From the NCBI RefSeq assembly GCF_009914755.1, contig NC_060936.1: DNA of 64,000 nucleotides; one strand, 5' to 3'. The position numbers were made by a program, and so were the translations under genes. Shown here piece after piece: positions 14,691 through 36,376 of the stretch (within the stretch, counting starts at the first letter, position 1; each line of letters begins with the position of its first letter). Below the pieces are notes generated by a model. That model was not told the origin of the DNA. It did not search any database and saw only the letters and a program-made list of their open reading frames with translations. This DNA is from the human T2T-CHM13v2.0 reference genome, Homo sapiens.

Positions 14691-16469
14691 TCTAAAAAAT
14701 ATATTTTATATATACAGTAATTATTTATCATCAGTATAAAATATTATAGATCATAATAGCTTCTCACCAACATAATATTGTATTTTATACATTTTCCATT
14801 GACCTAAGTTGTATACATTCTCCAGGCTTTGAAAATCAAGTGTATCTAGTCAAGAAAGTATCAAACACATGCTGTTAAATCTTCCATCAACTACCTTTTC
14901 TAAATAATACCTTGCATCTTCTGGATCCCTTTGCCACACTCCTCTGCACAGTCTTTCTTACAACAAATCTGACCATGTCCTTCCCAAGCATGAGACGTTC
15001 CAAGATTCCATCTGCTGATGGAAAAAAGTTCAAAATCTTTTTCATTATTATTAAAAGCTCCTATTACCTTCTCTTGCCCTAGTAATTGACAGCATTCCCA
15101 ACACCATGCCCTTTGTCTGCTGACATACGTTGAGCTCCTCATCATGGCAGGGCAAGTGATGCTGTCACTATGAAGTATTGCTGATTTCTCTCCTATAGGT
15201 AAGAAGTGATCAACACTTTTTTGGGGTCTGGTGTCTAACTTGTAGTTTGTCCATCACATCACTTTTAACATTTTCTTACTCTTATTTCTTTACACAACTT
15301 TTTTTTCCCCAGATAAACTCTGGGCTCATTGAAGGCAAGAAATTAGGCCCAGGTGTACCTCAGAAATGTTCCCTAACAGTTTTGATTAAAATTTTAATTG
15401 ATAAATTTACCATTTGAGAACACAGACAAAGCCATCTCTTTAATTAAAATTTGAGAAAGCTTTAGTAGAACATCAAGAAAATTGTTTCTGGTAATAATAC
15501 ACTATGGTGCTATTCTGTCAGCTATGTTGTGTGGAAAAATCAGGTTAGGTTTTGATCCTGGTTCCTAGAGATTATAAAGATTGGGGGTAGGATTACCTTA
15601 TTAAAACAAAAGCACTGAGAAAGTAAATAAGTGGGGGAAATCCATATTATGACTAAGAAATGATATAAGATATCTCATTACATATTCCAATTATCTATAT
15701 TTTCACTGTACATGTAATTATTGTGCTTACTATTTTATTGTTTTATCAAACTGGAGTAGTATGCACTGTCTTCTCTATTTTCTAATTATTGTTTACAGTA
15801 TTTATTATCGAGATGGTCTTTTGACTGACATTTATAAAAGATTGAAATGATTAAAGACAAAATATAGTAAAATGCCTGATGCTATTTAATGGACAATGTT
15901 ATAAGCAGTAAAGCCTGATGATCTCCGATATTATATACATAACCATCATATTTAGCTTTTAGTGTGTGCCAGGCTCTGTGTAAGAAGTTTACATCTTTCT
16001 AATTTTCATAGAAAACTTGTTATATGTCAATATCAGATCAAAAAAGACAGAGTCAAACTCTAGAGTGAGTCATGGGAAAGAAAGGAGTACTAAACATCAG
16101 TGTGCAGCCAATTTGAGTGTAAGGCTGGATCTACTCTCACGAGAAAAACTGTAACAGAAAGGTTGCTGATAAAATACTGACCTTACTATGCTTTTTAAAC
16201 AGTACATTTAAATACATACAAACTTATGTAAACTGGTTGGACAGAGATCTAACATGCTAAAAACCAGCAGAGTAAAATCTTTTTACAGTATGAGAATGAG
16301 AATACAAACTTCTGTTTCAGCTTCTTTCCTTAGTCACAATTTCCTGCCTTAAAGAAAATGTCAGACGGCTGGGTTCCCCCAAAAAAGTAGAGAGGAGAAC
16401 CTGCTTAAATATTTCTTGACCATTATAAATTAATTTATTATTTTCTCTATTTTCATTTTCTTCAACAAG

Positions 16470-16647
16470 GAGGGAGCTACTCTTCTAATTTAATACTGTT
16501 GCCCATGATATTAGTGATGACACTTTATTTATACCTAATGAGGAACTTTACAGGATAGATGTATTGCAATTAGATCCTGTCTCAGAGTTTTCTCTTTATT
16601 CGTTGATGAATGTGTGTAATTCAAGAACATTAAAAACAACTGTGAAA
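16470..16647 (+). pseudogene. Dynein linker exon remnant
   Basis: Long polypyrimidine tract then caag|. RELLF*FNTVAHD...YSLMNV resembles WKTTEFVILPH...FILGGTDDI. Confidence 0.45.
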
Positions 16648-18333
16648 GTATAATTATTACAGAGGAGAAAGTGTCTGGGGATTAATTTTATTACATATAA
16701 CCATATTTGGAGGGACAGTATAGAAACAGTTATTTAATAATAAACATTAAGTTTCTTAACAACAAGTAGCAATTGACTTAGGCAAATGCCTATTAAAAAG
16801 AGCACATTAAAAATCAAGTAAAAATTACATCAAACACATTTTTTTTCCTGTGTTGGGAATATCGTATTTCATGACAAAGACTTATAAATGAAGGAAGAAA
16901 AGAGATGGCAATAGGTGTGGGTCGTGCCATTTTACAAGAGAGACACAGGAGTCTCAGCGATTGAAATAATTTTCCCATGTAGATACAACTCTTAAGTGAC
17001 AGAATAAAATTTGTACTTAGGTTTGTACATTTGGAATCTCATGCCAACTGGTTAAAAAAATTTATGTGAACAATTTGTATGATGTTTATGTGTATAGAAT
17101 GACACTGGAGTTGAAATCAGTATGATTGTGGAATTGAAAAGATGACAGTATATGCCAGAAATCTTCACTTTATAGCCTAAATATGAGATGATGCCTATAC
17201 TATGGCTTAATGTTAGTGAGTATGACTACATGTACAGAGTTCTACATGAGATAAAACACATTAAATGAAAAAGTTCACTGGTACACTTGTATCAAAGACC
17301 AACAATAAAAAACACTGAAAAGGTTTACTAGTATCAAGCACTTGTTGAGAAATCTATTAGGTGTAAAACATTGGATTGGGACTTTTTAAAAGGAGGTTAA
17401 AGAGGCAAGACTGAAATTTGATTAGTATATATATTTATGCATTGTTCCCAATGGAATATTACTTATATTCTAATCCAGAAGGAATTGTTTATCATTTACT
17501 CAGTAGTTCAAAGCACATTTTATTATTAAATTATGCAAAATGGGCTAAAACTGATAATCACAGAATATTCAAGCCAGAAAAAAATGTAAAGATTATTAGT
17601 TCAATTACAACTTTATGCAGAAGAAAAATTCAATGCCAAAATAATCCAAGTGACCGATTTAATTTGTTATTGATAGGACAAAGACTAGCTGAAGGTTTCT
17701 TGAAGTTTGATGTAGTATATCTGAAAGAATGCAAAATTGTGCTTAGAGTCTACGGTGATAGTGTTTCATGTAACCATTACATTTAGTCACCAACAAAAGC
17801 ATAAAACACATATAATCAAATATGGGAGTAGTAGCATGTTGGTGCCACACTTAAGATTGACATTCTGTCTCAAACTGAATCTATCATAGTCAGTGGTTCT
17901 CTTCACATTATAAATAATTTTTTTTTTCTTTTGAGTACAAAATGTAGTCAACTTGGGTTTCAAAATTATGTATGAAATACATGCATCTTAAGCACTAGAA
18001 TCACAGTGTGGTAAGAGGTTAAGTAGGAACTAATAATAACTGAGTGAATAGTAGATTCACATCCCACATTTAATTTTCAGGGTCACAGTGGGATAAACCA
18101 AGTGAAACGATGGCCAAAATGGTCTGCATAGAAATTTATATAAAACATTATTTCCGTCTCTGCTGCATTCTTTTTCTCTGGTTTTGCTGACCTTTTATAG
18201 TGGTATTTATTTCAGTTAAATTTGCTTACATTGTTCTTACACTTTAATGCATGAGAGTAAAATATTACATAAATATTTAAAGAGTCAGACTAGATTATGA
18301 ATATGTATGAATATATTAACATCAATAACAAAG

Positions 18334-18494
18334 CAATATATCAGTTGGAAAAAGACATGAAAATAGGAATTTTATTACAACACCTGCAATGTTCAAATGA
18401 TGTAAGGTTCACAAAAATAGCAACCAGAAGGAAAATCAACGTTCTAGCAGCATTGATGTGGTCTACACAGTATGCAAAAATGGAGCAATTTCAG
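18334..18494 (+). pseudogene. Dynein linker exon remnant with mutated donor
   Basis: Open frame IYQLEKDMKIGILLQHLQCSNDVRFTKIATRRKINVLAA resembles WLYLESIF..DIQRQLP.E..RF..VD..WK...NVL. Ends CAG|ataagt (GT>AT). Confidence 0.55.
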
Positions 18495-21371
18495 ATAAGT
18501 TTCTGGATTTCTCTTGAAATCTTTGCTATTGTGTTTTTACTTTATTCAATTTTATTTATTTATATATTTACTTGTTAACTTTTATCTTAAGTTCAGGGGT
18601 ACATGTGCAAGTTTGTCTTATAGGTAAATTGTGTGTTTCTGGGGTTTAGTGTAGAGATTATTTCATTACCCAGGTAATACGCATAGTACCTGATAGGTAG
18701 TTTTTTGATCCTCATCTTTCTCTTACCCTACACCTCAAGTGGGCCCTAGTGTCTGTTGTTCTCTTATCTGTGTCCATATGTGCTAAATGCTTAGCTCCCA
18801 CTTACAAGTGAGAACAGGTAGTATTTGGTTTTCTGCTCTTGTGTTAGTTCACTTAGGATAATGGCCTCCATCTCCATCTGTGTTGCTGCAAAGGACATAA
18901 ACTCGTTGTTCCTTATGGCTGTGTAAGATCCTGTGGTATATATCTACCACGTTTTCTTTATGTATTCTACCACTGATGGACATTTAGATTTATTCCATGT
19001 CTTTCCTTTTGAGAACAGTGCCACAATGAATATATGTGTGTCTTTATGGTAGAATGATTTATTTTCCTTTGAGTATATACCAAATAATAGGATTGCTGGG
19101 TTGAACGGTAGAATTACCATTTTGAGATATTTGAGAAATCGCAACACTGCTTTCCACAGTGGCTGAACTAATTTACATTCCTACCAACAGTATACAAGCG
19201 TTCCCTTTTCTCTGCAACCTTGCCAGCATCTGTCATTTTTTGACTTTTTAATAATAGCCATTACGACTGGTGTGAGTTGGTATCTCATTGTGAGGTTGAT
19301 TTGCATTTCTCCAATTATTAGTAATGTTGAGCATTTTTTCATATGTTTGTTGGCCATGTGTATGTCTTCTTTTGAAAAGTGTCTGTTTGTGTCCTTTGCC
19401 CACTACATAATGGGGTTGTTTGTTTTTTGCTTATTAATTTGTTTAAATTCCTTATAGATTCTGGATATTAGACTTTTGCTAGAGGCATAGTATGCAAACA
19501 TTTTCTACCATTTTTTGGTTGTTTGTTTAACTCTGTTGATAGTTTCTTTCACTGCGCAGAAGCTTTTCAGTTTAATTAGGTCCCATTTGTCAATTTTTGT
19601 TTTTGTTGCAATTATTTTTAGCATCTTTGTCATGAAATCTTTGCCAGGTCCTATGTCCAGAATGGTATTTCCTAGGTTATCTTCTATAGTTTATATCATT
19701 TTAGGTTTAACATTTAAGTCTTTAAATCATCTTGAGTTGATTTTTGTATATGGTGTAAGGAAAGTGTCTATATTTAGTTTTTGAAATATGGCTAGCTAGT
19801 TATCCCAGAACCATTTGTTGAATAGGGAGTCCTTTCTCCATAGCTTGTTTTTGTAGACTTTTTTCAAGGTCAGATGGTTTTAGCTGTGCAGCATTATTTC
19901 TGTGATCTCTATTCTGTTCCTTGGTCTATGTGTCTGTTTTGTAGCAGAACCATGCTGCTTTGGTTGCTCTATCCCTATAGTATAGTTTTAAGTTGGGTAA
20001 TGTGATGCCTCCATCTTTGTTCTTTTTGCTTAGGATGGCCTTAGCTATTCAAGCTCTTTTTTATTTCATATAACTTTTCAGATAGTTTTCCCCCCTTAGT
20101 TTTGTAAAGAATGCCATTTGTAGTTTAATACTTGAATCTTTAGATTGCTTTGGGCAGTATGGCTATTTTAAAATATTGATTCTTTCTATTAATGAGCATG
20201 GAATGTTTTTCCATTTGTTTATATTGTCTTTGATTTCTTAGAGCAGTATTTTATCTCTCACTGTGGAAGTATTTCACCTCCCTAGTTAGCTGTATTTCTA
20301 GGTAATTTTTTTTCTTTTTGTGGCTATTGTAAATGGGATTGCATTCGTGATTTGGCTCTCAGCTTGGATGTTCTATAGAAATGCTACTAATTTTGGTACA
20401 TTTGTTTTGTATCCTGAAACTTTGCTGAAGTTGTTTATCAGATCAAAGAGTTTTGGGGAAGAGACTATGGGGTTTTCTAGGTATAAAATCATATTCTCTG
20501 CAAAAACGGATCGTTTGACTTCCTCTCTTTCAATTACTATGCCTTTATTTCTTTCTTTTGCCTGATTACTCTGGCTAAGACTTCCAGTACCATGTTGAAT
20601 AGGAGTGGTGAAAGAGGGTATCCTTTTCTTGCTCCAGTTCCCAAAAGCTTCCAGCTCTTGCCCTTTCATTATGATGTTGGCTGTGGGCTTTTATTTTATT
20701 TTTTGATGGCTCTTATTTTTTTAATATATTCCTTCAATACGTAGTTTGTTGAAGGTTTTTAATATGAAGGAATACTGAATTTTATTGAATGCTTTTTTCT
20801 GTATCTGATGAGGTGATCATGTGTTTTTGTTTTTAGTTCTGTTTATGTGACAAATCACATTTACTGATTTGCATATGTTGAACCAGCCTTGCATCCCAGG
20901 GACGAATCCTGATTGATAATGCTGGATTAGCTTTAGACGTGCTGTTGGATTCAGTTTGCTAGTATTTTGATGTGGATTTTTGCATCTGTGTTTACCAAGG
21001 ATATTGGCATGAAGTTTTCTGTTTTCATTGTGTCTCTGCCAGGTTTCAGTATCAGGATGATGCTAGCCTCCTAGAATGAGTTAGGAAGGAGTCCCTTCTC
21101 TTCAAAATTTTGGAATAGTTTCAGAAGGAATAGTACCCACTCTTCTTTATACATTGGTAGAATTTGGCTGTGAATCCATCTAGTCATGGGCTTTTTCTGA
21201 TTTATAGGCTTTTTATTACTGATCTTATATTGGAAGTCATTGGTCTCCAGGGATTCACTTTCTTTCTGGTTCAATTTGGGAGGTTATATCTCTCAGAATT
21301 GACCAATTTTTTTTCCAGATTTTCTACCTTGTGTGCATAGAAATGTGCATAGTAGTCTCTGAGGGTTTTTT

Positions 21372-27948
<6,577 letters not shown>

Positions 27949-29435
27949 CATTTTTTTTTTTCCTGTTAGCTCAGTGGTAATGTCCCATTTACCATTTCTG
28001 ATTGTGTTTATTTGGATAGTCTTTCTTTTTTATTAGTGTAGCTACTTGTTTGTCCATCTTATTTATTCTCTCAAAAAACAAATTCCTAATTTTGTTGATT
28101 TTTTTTTATGGTTTGTGTGTCCCCAGTTCCTTCAGTTCTGATTTTGGTTATTTTTTGTCTTCTGCTAGCTTTGAAGTTGAGATACTTTGCTGTTGTTTCT
28201 GCAGTTCCCCTAGGTCTGATGTTATGTTATTAATTTTAAATCTTTCTAACTTTTGATGTGGCTGTTTAGCACCATAAGTTTCCCTCTTAACATTACTTTT
28301 GCTTTGTCCCAGAGATTCTGGTATGTTGTATCTTTGTTCTCATAAGTTTCAAAGAATTTATTGATTTCTGCCTTAATCTCATCGTTTACCCACAAGTCAT
28401 TCAGGATTAGGTTGTTTAATTTCCATGTAATTACATGGTTTTGAGTTATCTTCTTAGTATTGACTTAAATTCTTATAGTGCTGTGGTCTGATTCTGTGGT
28501 TAGTGTGATTTTGCTTTTTTAGATTTTCCTGATAATTGTTTTATGGACAATTATGCAGTCAATTTCAGAGTATACCCGTGTGCATGTGAAAAGAATGTAT
28601 ATTCTGTTGTTTTTGGGTGGAGAGTTCTGTAGGTGTCTATTAGGTCCATTTGGTTGAGTTCAGGTCCTGAATATCTTCGTTAGTTTTCTGCTTCGATGAT
28701 CTCCCTAATGTGCTCTGTGGGGCGTTGAACCCTCCTCCTGTTATTGTGTAGCTATCTCACTCTCTTCATAGGTCTCAAAGCACTTGCTTTATGAATCTGA
28801 GTGTGCCTGTGTTGGGTGTATATATATTCAGGATAATTAGGTCTTCTGTTGAATTGATTCCTCTACCATTATGTAATACGCTTCTTTGTCTTTTTTGAAC
28901 TTTGTTGGTTTAAAGTCTGTTTTGTCTGGAATTAAAATAGCAATGCCTGCTTTTTTGTTTTCCATTTCCTTGGCAGATTTTTCTCCATCCATTAACTTTA
29001 ATCCTATGGATGACACTGTATGTGAGATGAGTTTCTTGAAGACAGCATATCATTGGGTCTTGCTTCTTTATCCAACCTGCCACTTTGTGCCTTTTAATTC
29101 AGGCCTTTAGCCTGGTTACATTCAAGGTTAATACTGATATGTGTGGATTTGATCCTGTCATTGTGTTGTTAGCTCGTTTTTATACAAACTTGTTTGTGTA
29201 GTTGCTTTATAGTGTCAATGGTTTCTGTAGTTAAATGCGTTTTTGTTGTATCTGGTTGCAGTCTTTCCTATCCATATTTGGCACTACCTTCAGGACCTCT
29301 TGTACAACAGGTCTGATGCAAGGAATTCCCATAGCATTTGCTTGTCTGAAAAGAATCTTACATGTCCTTTGCTTATGAAGATTAGTTTGGCTAGATACAA
29401 AATTCTCTGTTGGAATTTCATTAAGAATGCTGAAT

Positions 29436-29745
<310 letters not shown>

Positions 29746-29970
29746 TCAAAAAGTCTGCTGGTAGCCTGATGGTGTTCACATTGCAAGTGACCTTCTCTCC
29801 AGCTGCATTTAACCTTTCTTCTTTCATTTCGATCTTAGAGAATCTGATGACTATGAGTCTTGGGGATGGTCATCTTATGTAGTATCTCACAAGGTTTCTC
29901 TGCATTTTCTGAATTTGAATATTGTGTCCTCTCTAGTGAAGTTGGGGAAATTTTCATGGGTGATACCATC

Positions 29971-30508
29971 TGTATTAGGGTTCCTAGAGAGACAGAACTA
30001 ATATGATAGATGTATATATAAAAGGGAGTTTATTAAGGAGTTTTGACTTAACACAGTCACAAGGTGAAGTCCCACAATAGGTCGTCTGCAAGCTGAGGAG
30101 CAAGTCAGTCCAAGTCCAAAACCTCAAAAGTAGGAAAACTAACAGTGCAGCCTTCAGTCTGTGACAGAAGGCCTGATAGCCCCTGGCAAACCACTGGTGT
30201 AGGCCCAAGAGTCTAAAAGCTGAAGAACTTGGAGTCCAATGTTCAAGGTCAGGAAGCATCCAGCAGAGGTAAAAGGAGGTCAGAAGACTCAGCCAGTCTA
30301 GTCCTTCCACATTCTTCTACCTGCTTTTATTCTAGCCACACTGGCAGCTGATTAGACTGTGCCCACCCAGATTGAGAATGGGTCTGCCTTTCCTTGTCCA
30401 CTGACTCAAATATTAATCTCCTTTGGCATCACCCTCACAGACACACACAGGAACAATACTTTACATCCTTCAATCAAATCAAGTTGACACTCGATATTAA
30501 CCATCACA
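29971..30508 (-). mobile_element. MLT2A2-like solo LTR (ERVL)
   Basis: tgtattagggtt...attaaccatcaca; degenerate 5-bp TSD ccatc/tcctc. Confidence 0.85.
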
Positions 30509-32054
30509 TCCTCCAATATGGTTTTCAAGTTGTTTGCTTTCTCCCCCTCTCTTTCAGGGATGTCAATGAGTCAATAAATTTGGTCTCTTTACATTTTTGT
30601 ATCACTTAGAATACTTGAATTGGGTTTTGACTTTCTCCTGAATCTTCTTTCCTGTCCATGATCTGAATTCTACTTCTGTCATTTCAGCCATTTCAGCCTT
30701 GTTAAGAACCATTGCTGGGGAACCAGCGTGGGTCATTTTGAGGTGAGAGGACACTTTAGTTTTTTGAGTTACCAGAGTTCTTCTCTGGTTTTTTCTCATC
30801 TGTGCAGGCTGATGTTTCTTCAGTCTTAGAAGTTGCTATCCTTTGAATGGGTTTTGTTGCTTTTATCTTCTTTGTTGCCCTTAAGGGTTTGATTGTGGTC
30901 TAAGGTGGTTTCAGTTGACTGGATTTCTTTCTGGAAGATTTTAGGGGTCTAAGGCTCAGTTCAGCATTCTTGAGCTGTGTGCTCTAACTTTGAGGGAATG
31001 ATCCCAGGCTCCCAGCTTTGTTCTCAGGACCCTCAAGGTTAGGAATCTGTGGTTCTGGAGGGGCTGAGCTGTTTCCAGACTGCAGTCCATAACAATCCCA
31101 TGGATGGTGCCAGCCAAAGTGCTTTGTCTGAGTGGTGATAGAAGAATTCATGTTTGTTTGCACATGCCAGCAGCAGTGGCAGCATGGTGGGTTACATGTT
31201 CATTGGTCGGGCTGGGATGCTGGTGGGTTTGCGGCTGCCAGCTTCTGTGCACATGTTTGCTCTGTGGGCAGTAGTGTGAGGGGATGCATGCACACACATA
31301 TTCTGGCAGAGGAGGGGAGGCAAGGTCCACTCGCATGTGTGCACGCTGGAAGGACAGTGGGGTGAGTGACAGTGGGCAAGTGAGTGCTGGCAAAGCAGCA
31401 TGGGGGAGGCTGTGGTCAGGGGAAGGGGCAGGTGAGCTGGTATGTGTTAGCAGCAGCCAATCTGCTGGAGCTCTCTGATGGTCAGGCACAGTCAGCTGTT
31501 GAAGGAGCTATGATGTGGGCCCCTGGGAAGCACCTTGGTTGTCTATCCATCACTTGCACTGCAAGTGGGCTCTGCCAGGTTGGGGCCCTGGAGCAGACCT
31601 AGCTATGTTTTACTGCAGACGTTCCCACACCATACCCCGTGAGTTCAGCACAGGATAGAGTCCTGCTCCTATCAACTCTCTACACAGCTTTCCCTGCTAG
31701 CTCAAGTGTCCATGGGTGTTGTGGTATCTCAGGTTGCCAGGATTCCAGAGGTTCATGGTGAGGGCAGGTTGCTCCTCACCTGTTCAATCCACCCCTTCCC
31801 CAAGAGTTGTTGGGGGCCAGGAATAAGTTGTGGTGCATGGTAGTCCCGTTCAGGGTTCCCAGCCTCCTCCTCCTTTGGCCCAGGGTCTGTGTCCTCCTTC
31901 TGTCCACCCTCAATGCCTTCCCTCTGAAGATCTGCTCATAGTGCACCAGTTTTCCCTATGTCTCAGTCACTTGGTGGCAGATGTTCCTCCTGGGTGTGTC
32001 TGGTCAGGCATCTTACTGAGACAACCTTCTTTTGTTTTTAAAATAAAAATATAG

Positions 32055-32200
32055 AGTAATAATGGATCTTCATTCCTACATTGCAGCGATTGGCTGGACC
32101 TAAGTAAAAGCTAATACTATTTATATTGGGAAGGCTTATCCTAGTTGCCTACACTCCTCTCTCTCCACAAGTACTTCACATTTTACTGCTGAACCATGTC
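32055..32200 (+). pseudogene. Dynein linker exon remnant (FPRFYFLS region)
   Basis: VIMDLHSYI...IGKAYPS/YTPLSPQVLHILL resembles IQKCLEAYL..KRVIFPRFYFLSNDELLEIL. Confidence 0.5.
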
Positions 32201-32568
32201 ACTCATATGCATTACTTGCATGACTCTAGACATTTGAGGAACATGTAACATCTGATCCAGAGGAAAGGGAGCCAAGCTATACAATTTTGATATTTCTCCT
32301 CTTAATGGTGTGATTATCTTTGAGGTGGAGAGAAATACTTTAAGCATTTTCCATTCTGTTAGAAAAAGAAAACACAAAAACAAAACCCCCAAATTTTTAT
32401 CACTAAATACAGCTTTCTTAGCTTGATGTTATTAAATTTTTACTTATCTGATCTCCTACTGTCTATTTTGATAATCAGAGAACAACAATCTGATTTCTAT
32501 ATTTGTCTATGTGTAAGGAGGAAATGTGCTCAAATATGTATTTTGTTTATTTCTTGTCTCCGTAAAAG

Positions 32569-32658
32569 TGAATTAATGACAGCATATTCATAACATGCTT
32601 GGTGTTACTTGACTATGTGAGAGATTTTGCTGATTTCCACACAAAATTCCATCTCAAG
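32569..32658 (+). pseudogene. Dynein linker exon remnant
   Basis: QHIHNMLGVT*L resembles PHL.K.F.GI..L. Confidence 0.35.
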
Positions 32659-32867
32659 TAATATTTACCTTTTTTATTGTGAATTAAAAATTAGTAATGT
32701 TAATATTGTCATCAGTATCAATTTATCGTGTATTTTATTAGTGTGATCCTGTCTCTCAAGGTCTGGTTATACCCAAGGTTATGGTTTTACCTGAACACTT
32801 GCAGTGTAGAGCCAAAACTAATGAATTTTAGGTGACAGCAGTATTACTTCTTAACATGTCCCTACAG

Positions 32868-32983
32868 ATTTCTGTAGTATTCACAATGGAGTTAAATCAT
32901 TTGAAGATGAGGAAAGAAAACTTTACCTTGTTTCCATGTTGAGAACATAAGATGTTGTGGAAGACTGACTGACACAATGTCTT
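32868..32983 (+). pseudogene. Dynein linker exon remnant (S.EGE...VE.WL motif)
   Basis: ccctacag| ... CTT|gtatgg. FCSIHNGVKSFEDEERKLYLVSMLRT*DVVED*LTQCL; the stop in VED*L sits on the conserved Trp. Confidence 0.7.
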
Positions 32984-32996
32984 GTATGGTTCATGT

Positions 32997-33443
32997 TGTG
33001 TATGTACCCCATTTCTGGTATGACTTTGTAACCTCTCCCATCAAGAAGTGAAATCTGTTCCCCACTCATGAGTTCAAGCTGACTTTTTAATATGTTTGCA
33101 CCAAAAGAATGCAGTAGAACTGACAGCCTACAATTTTAAGCCTAGGACTCAAGAGTCATTTTATACTTCAACTCTCCCTTGTGAAACCCTTCCCTGACTG
33201 CCATGGGAACAGACCAAGGCATTTTTGGTAGAGGTACAGAGTTTACATGAAGTGAGGTCCTAATCATTTTAGCCAAGATCATTCTAGAGCAGCCAGCCTT
33301 TAGACAACCCAATAGCTGACTAGAAACACATTAGTAAGCTGTGTAAGATGAGTCAAGTCCAGCCCAGATTGAATTACCAGGTTCAGTGGAATTACCCACG
33401 CAACCTATAGACTCATGGGGCAAACTGTTGTAAGCTATTAAGT
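32997..33443 (+). mobile_element. MLT1-family LTR (old MaLR)
   Basis: ctcccatcaagaagtg...aagcctaggactcaagag...cccagattga motifs. Confidence 0.65.
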
Positions 33444-33964
33444 CAGTAGTTTTCAAAGTGTGAATTGGGGTCTCCTGGGGATCCCAAGCAACTTTCGAGA
33501 ACAACTGCAAGATCAAACTTATTTCCACAATGATACTAAGATATTATTTGTCTTAATTCTCATTCTGTCACAATACACAGTGAAGGTTTTCAAAGGCTAC
33601 ATGATGTTTGATATCAAAATAGAGTGGATACAGTAGCAGGTACGACACTCCAGCAGTCTTCTATTGAGTTTTCTATTGAATCATACACGAAAGAAATTAG
33701 CGAAAATACAAAGCACTGCTAAACTTCTCATTAATTTTTGTTTTGTTTAAAAAATGCAGTTATTTTTCATAAAAATATACTATCTCTGTTACAGGTAATC
33801 GGTTTATTCTTAGTGGTAGAGGAAATAAATATTTTAAAATTTATATTTTAGTTTACAATACAGCAAATATTAATAGATGAAAATCGCCAAAACAAAGCCC
33901 TTTGGAGTCCTTAATGATTCTCAAGAAACTGATATTCTGAAAGCAAAATGTTTAAGAACTGCTG
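33444..33964 (+). mobile_element. hAT-Charlie DNA transposon (Charlie4a-like)
   Basis: TIRs cagtagttttcaaa / tttaagaactgctg, ~520 bp. Confidence 0.7.
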
Positions 33965-34913
33965 CACTTTTTTTCTGCAACATTTCTTTATTCTAGGCAT
34001 AGCAGTTGTTTATAAAGATAAATCACTATAATTTTTTCTTCGTGACTGTCCGCAAAATGTAAAGAATCAAGTATTAGCATCTTTAGAAATCAAAAACATT
34101 TACTTTTCTGCTTCAAGACTGCATATTGGATCTATCTAACCAGAGTAAAGTTACTGATGAAAAACAATTAAAATAAAATTACATACACACACATGTGTAT
34201 GTACATTATAAGAATCTTTCATTTTGCATGAAAGAAAAAATTCTACAAATACTATGATAATAATAAAAACAGAAACCCTGAGAGGTGAAGTAATCACCAA
34301 AGCCAGCTTCCTGTGTGAAAATTCCTACCAAACCTTAGAATGTTTGAGATTACATTTTGACTGCTTCATGATGAACAGAATGCAGGAGATAAACCTTGTG
34401 GCCCACCCATAGTGGAAAGTATAATAGCAAATGCTCTCCCTCATAAAATAAGAAACAAACCTCATGGCGAAAAAGGGTCTAAAAAGAAATATTCATTCCT
34501 GAGTGCTGCCTGGAGAAAATAAAACCAAAACTAAGAACTTATCCTTATTAAAGATCTGAGATCTGAATGAATTCATGCTATTTGTTTGCTCAAAAACCAA
34601 AAGCAAAGCAGTTAGTATAAAATTGGTCTTGGGTTGATATTGCCCCTTAGTGATTGGCAGGAGCAAAAAATTTAAGAGTAGAACTTCAAGTCTCGCCTCA
34701 AAGAATTTTCATAAATAACATTTTATGTGTGTGCAATCATAGTTAAAACAACAGCAAAAACACACACGGAAAATAATAGTCCATGAATGAAATTGATCAT
34801 GAACAACACAGAGTGTAAATAGAATCACAAATAAAATAGAAACTTGGATTGAACATAAGAACAAGAAAAAAAAAGATGACTAAATTTTTAAAAGACTCAA
34901 ACAGAATTTCTTA

Positions 34914-35290
34914 ACACAAATGGAATACTCTGTCACCATAAAGAAGAACAAAATCGCGTCCTTTGCAGCAACATGGATGCTGCTGGAGGCCATTATCCTA
35001 AGTGAATTAACAAAGGAACAGAAAACCAAATACTCCGTGTTTTCAGTTATAAGTGGGGGCTAAACACTGAGTACACATGGACCTAAAGATATCAGCAACA
35101 GACACCAGGGACTACTAGAGCAGAGAGTGTGGGAGGGAGGGAGTGAGGGTTGAAAAACTACTAAATCGGGTACTATGCTTGCTACCTGAGTGAATGTGAT
35201 CATTCATATACCAAACGACAGTGAAACACAGTTCACCCATGTAACAGACCTGCACATGTACATCATGAACCTAAAGTCATATTTGAAAAA
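34914..35290 (+). mobile_element. L1 3' end (L1PA15/16-like) within older L1M remnants (~34.3-36.1 kb)
   Basis: cctttgcagcaacatggatg...ctgcacatgtac. Confidence 0.75.
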
Positions 35291-36376
35291 ATATGAATAA
35301 AAATTAGAATATTAAAAAAGATTAAATGAAAATATATCAGCTATGCAGATAAAATCAGTGAACTGGATATAGATTCAAAGTAATAAATAATGAAATGATG
35401 TGAAAAAAGGAAGAGATATGGAAAATAAATAAATGGAAGATATTACATTAAAGGAGATGCTGACTGAGGAGTTCCAGAATTGCTGGAAACATCTATTGAC
35501 AGTTTCAAGAAGGCTAACAAATCTAGAGTGGGATACATAATATATCCAGTCATATTACAACCAGTTTTAGATCACTAAAGATTAAGAGAAGACTTTAAAA
35601 GCAGCAAGAAGAAATGCAAATTACCCAGACAGGTGTAACAACTGTCTGAGTTGTTACAATGAAAACAATTGAGTTTTCATTAATAAATGGAATCCAGGAA
35701 GCAATATAATAAACTATTCAGTGGTGCAAGCAAAATTACTGACAATCTAGATTCACAATGGGGGAAATTATTTTTCAAGAGTAAGAGTAAAATAAAAATA
35801 CTTTCAGACAAAGAAAACTTGACAATTCTTTACTAAAGGAAATGATACAGTATATACTTTTAGCAGATAGACAAGGTGTAAAGTCTGATAAGAAATGGTG
35901 GGAAAAAGTAGTAAATGTGTGAGTAAATCTCATATAATTAACTTATAATACAATAATAAAAATTGCTAACTCTTGGAATAATAAAGAAGATAGAGCAAAA
36001 CTACTCATTAACACAACAATCTGGAGGGCTTGTGAGAATTGTAAGATTCTAATGTTCTTGTATTTTAGGAGAAAGTTACCAATATTAATTACCATCCTCT
36101 CTGTGTGTGCGCCTGTGTGTGTGTGTGTGTGTACCTGCACAAGTGTGTGCACTCTCTGAGAGATGCCTTAATTGTATTAGTTGTATTAGAATGTTTTGCT
36201 GTTGTTCTCTAACTTGATTTTCTTATATGGTTAACACATTTCCAAGTTTTAATCAAAGTATCACGTTACATGGCTTGTACTCAGAAATGTTCAAGAAATG
36301 TTGTTAAGAGTTTATCATGAAAACAACACTATTGAAGAAATAACATAAAACTGATGAGAAAATATTTTCAATTTAG

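Noticed and set aside
17418-17786. 122-aa ORF as a further dynein exon
   Set aside because: Overlaps MIR-like sequence and shows no motif expected at this position.
18081-18215. Possible linker exon (INQVKRWPKW...FADLL*WYLFQ)
   Set aside because: Position fits and the acceptor is good, but the match is too weak and the donor is non-canonical; left out of features.
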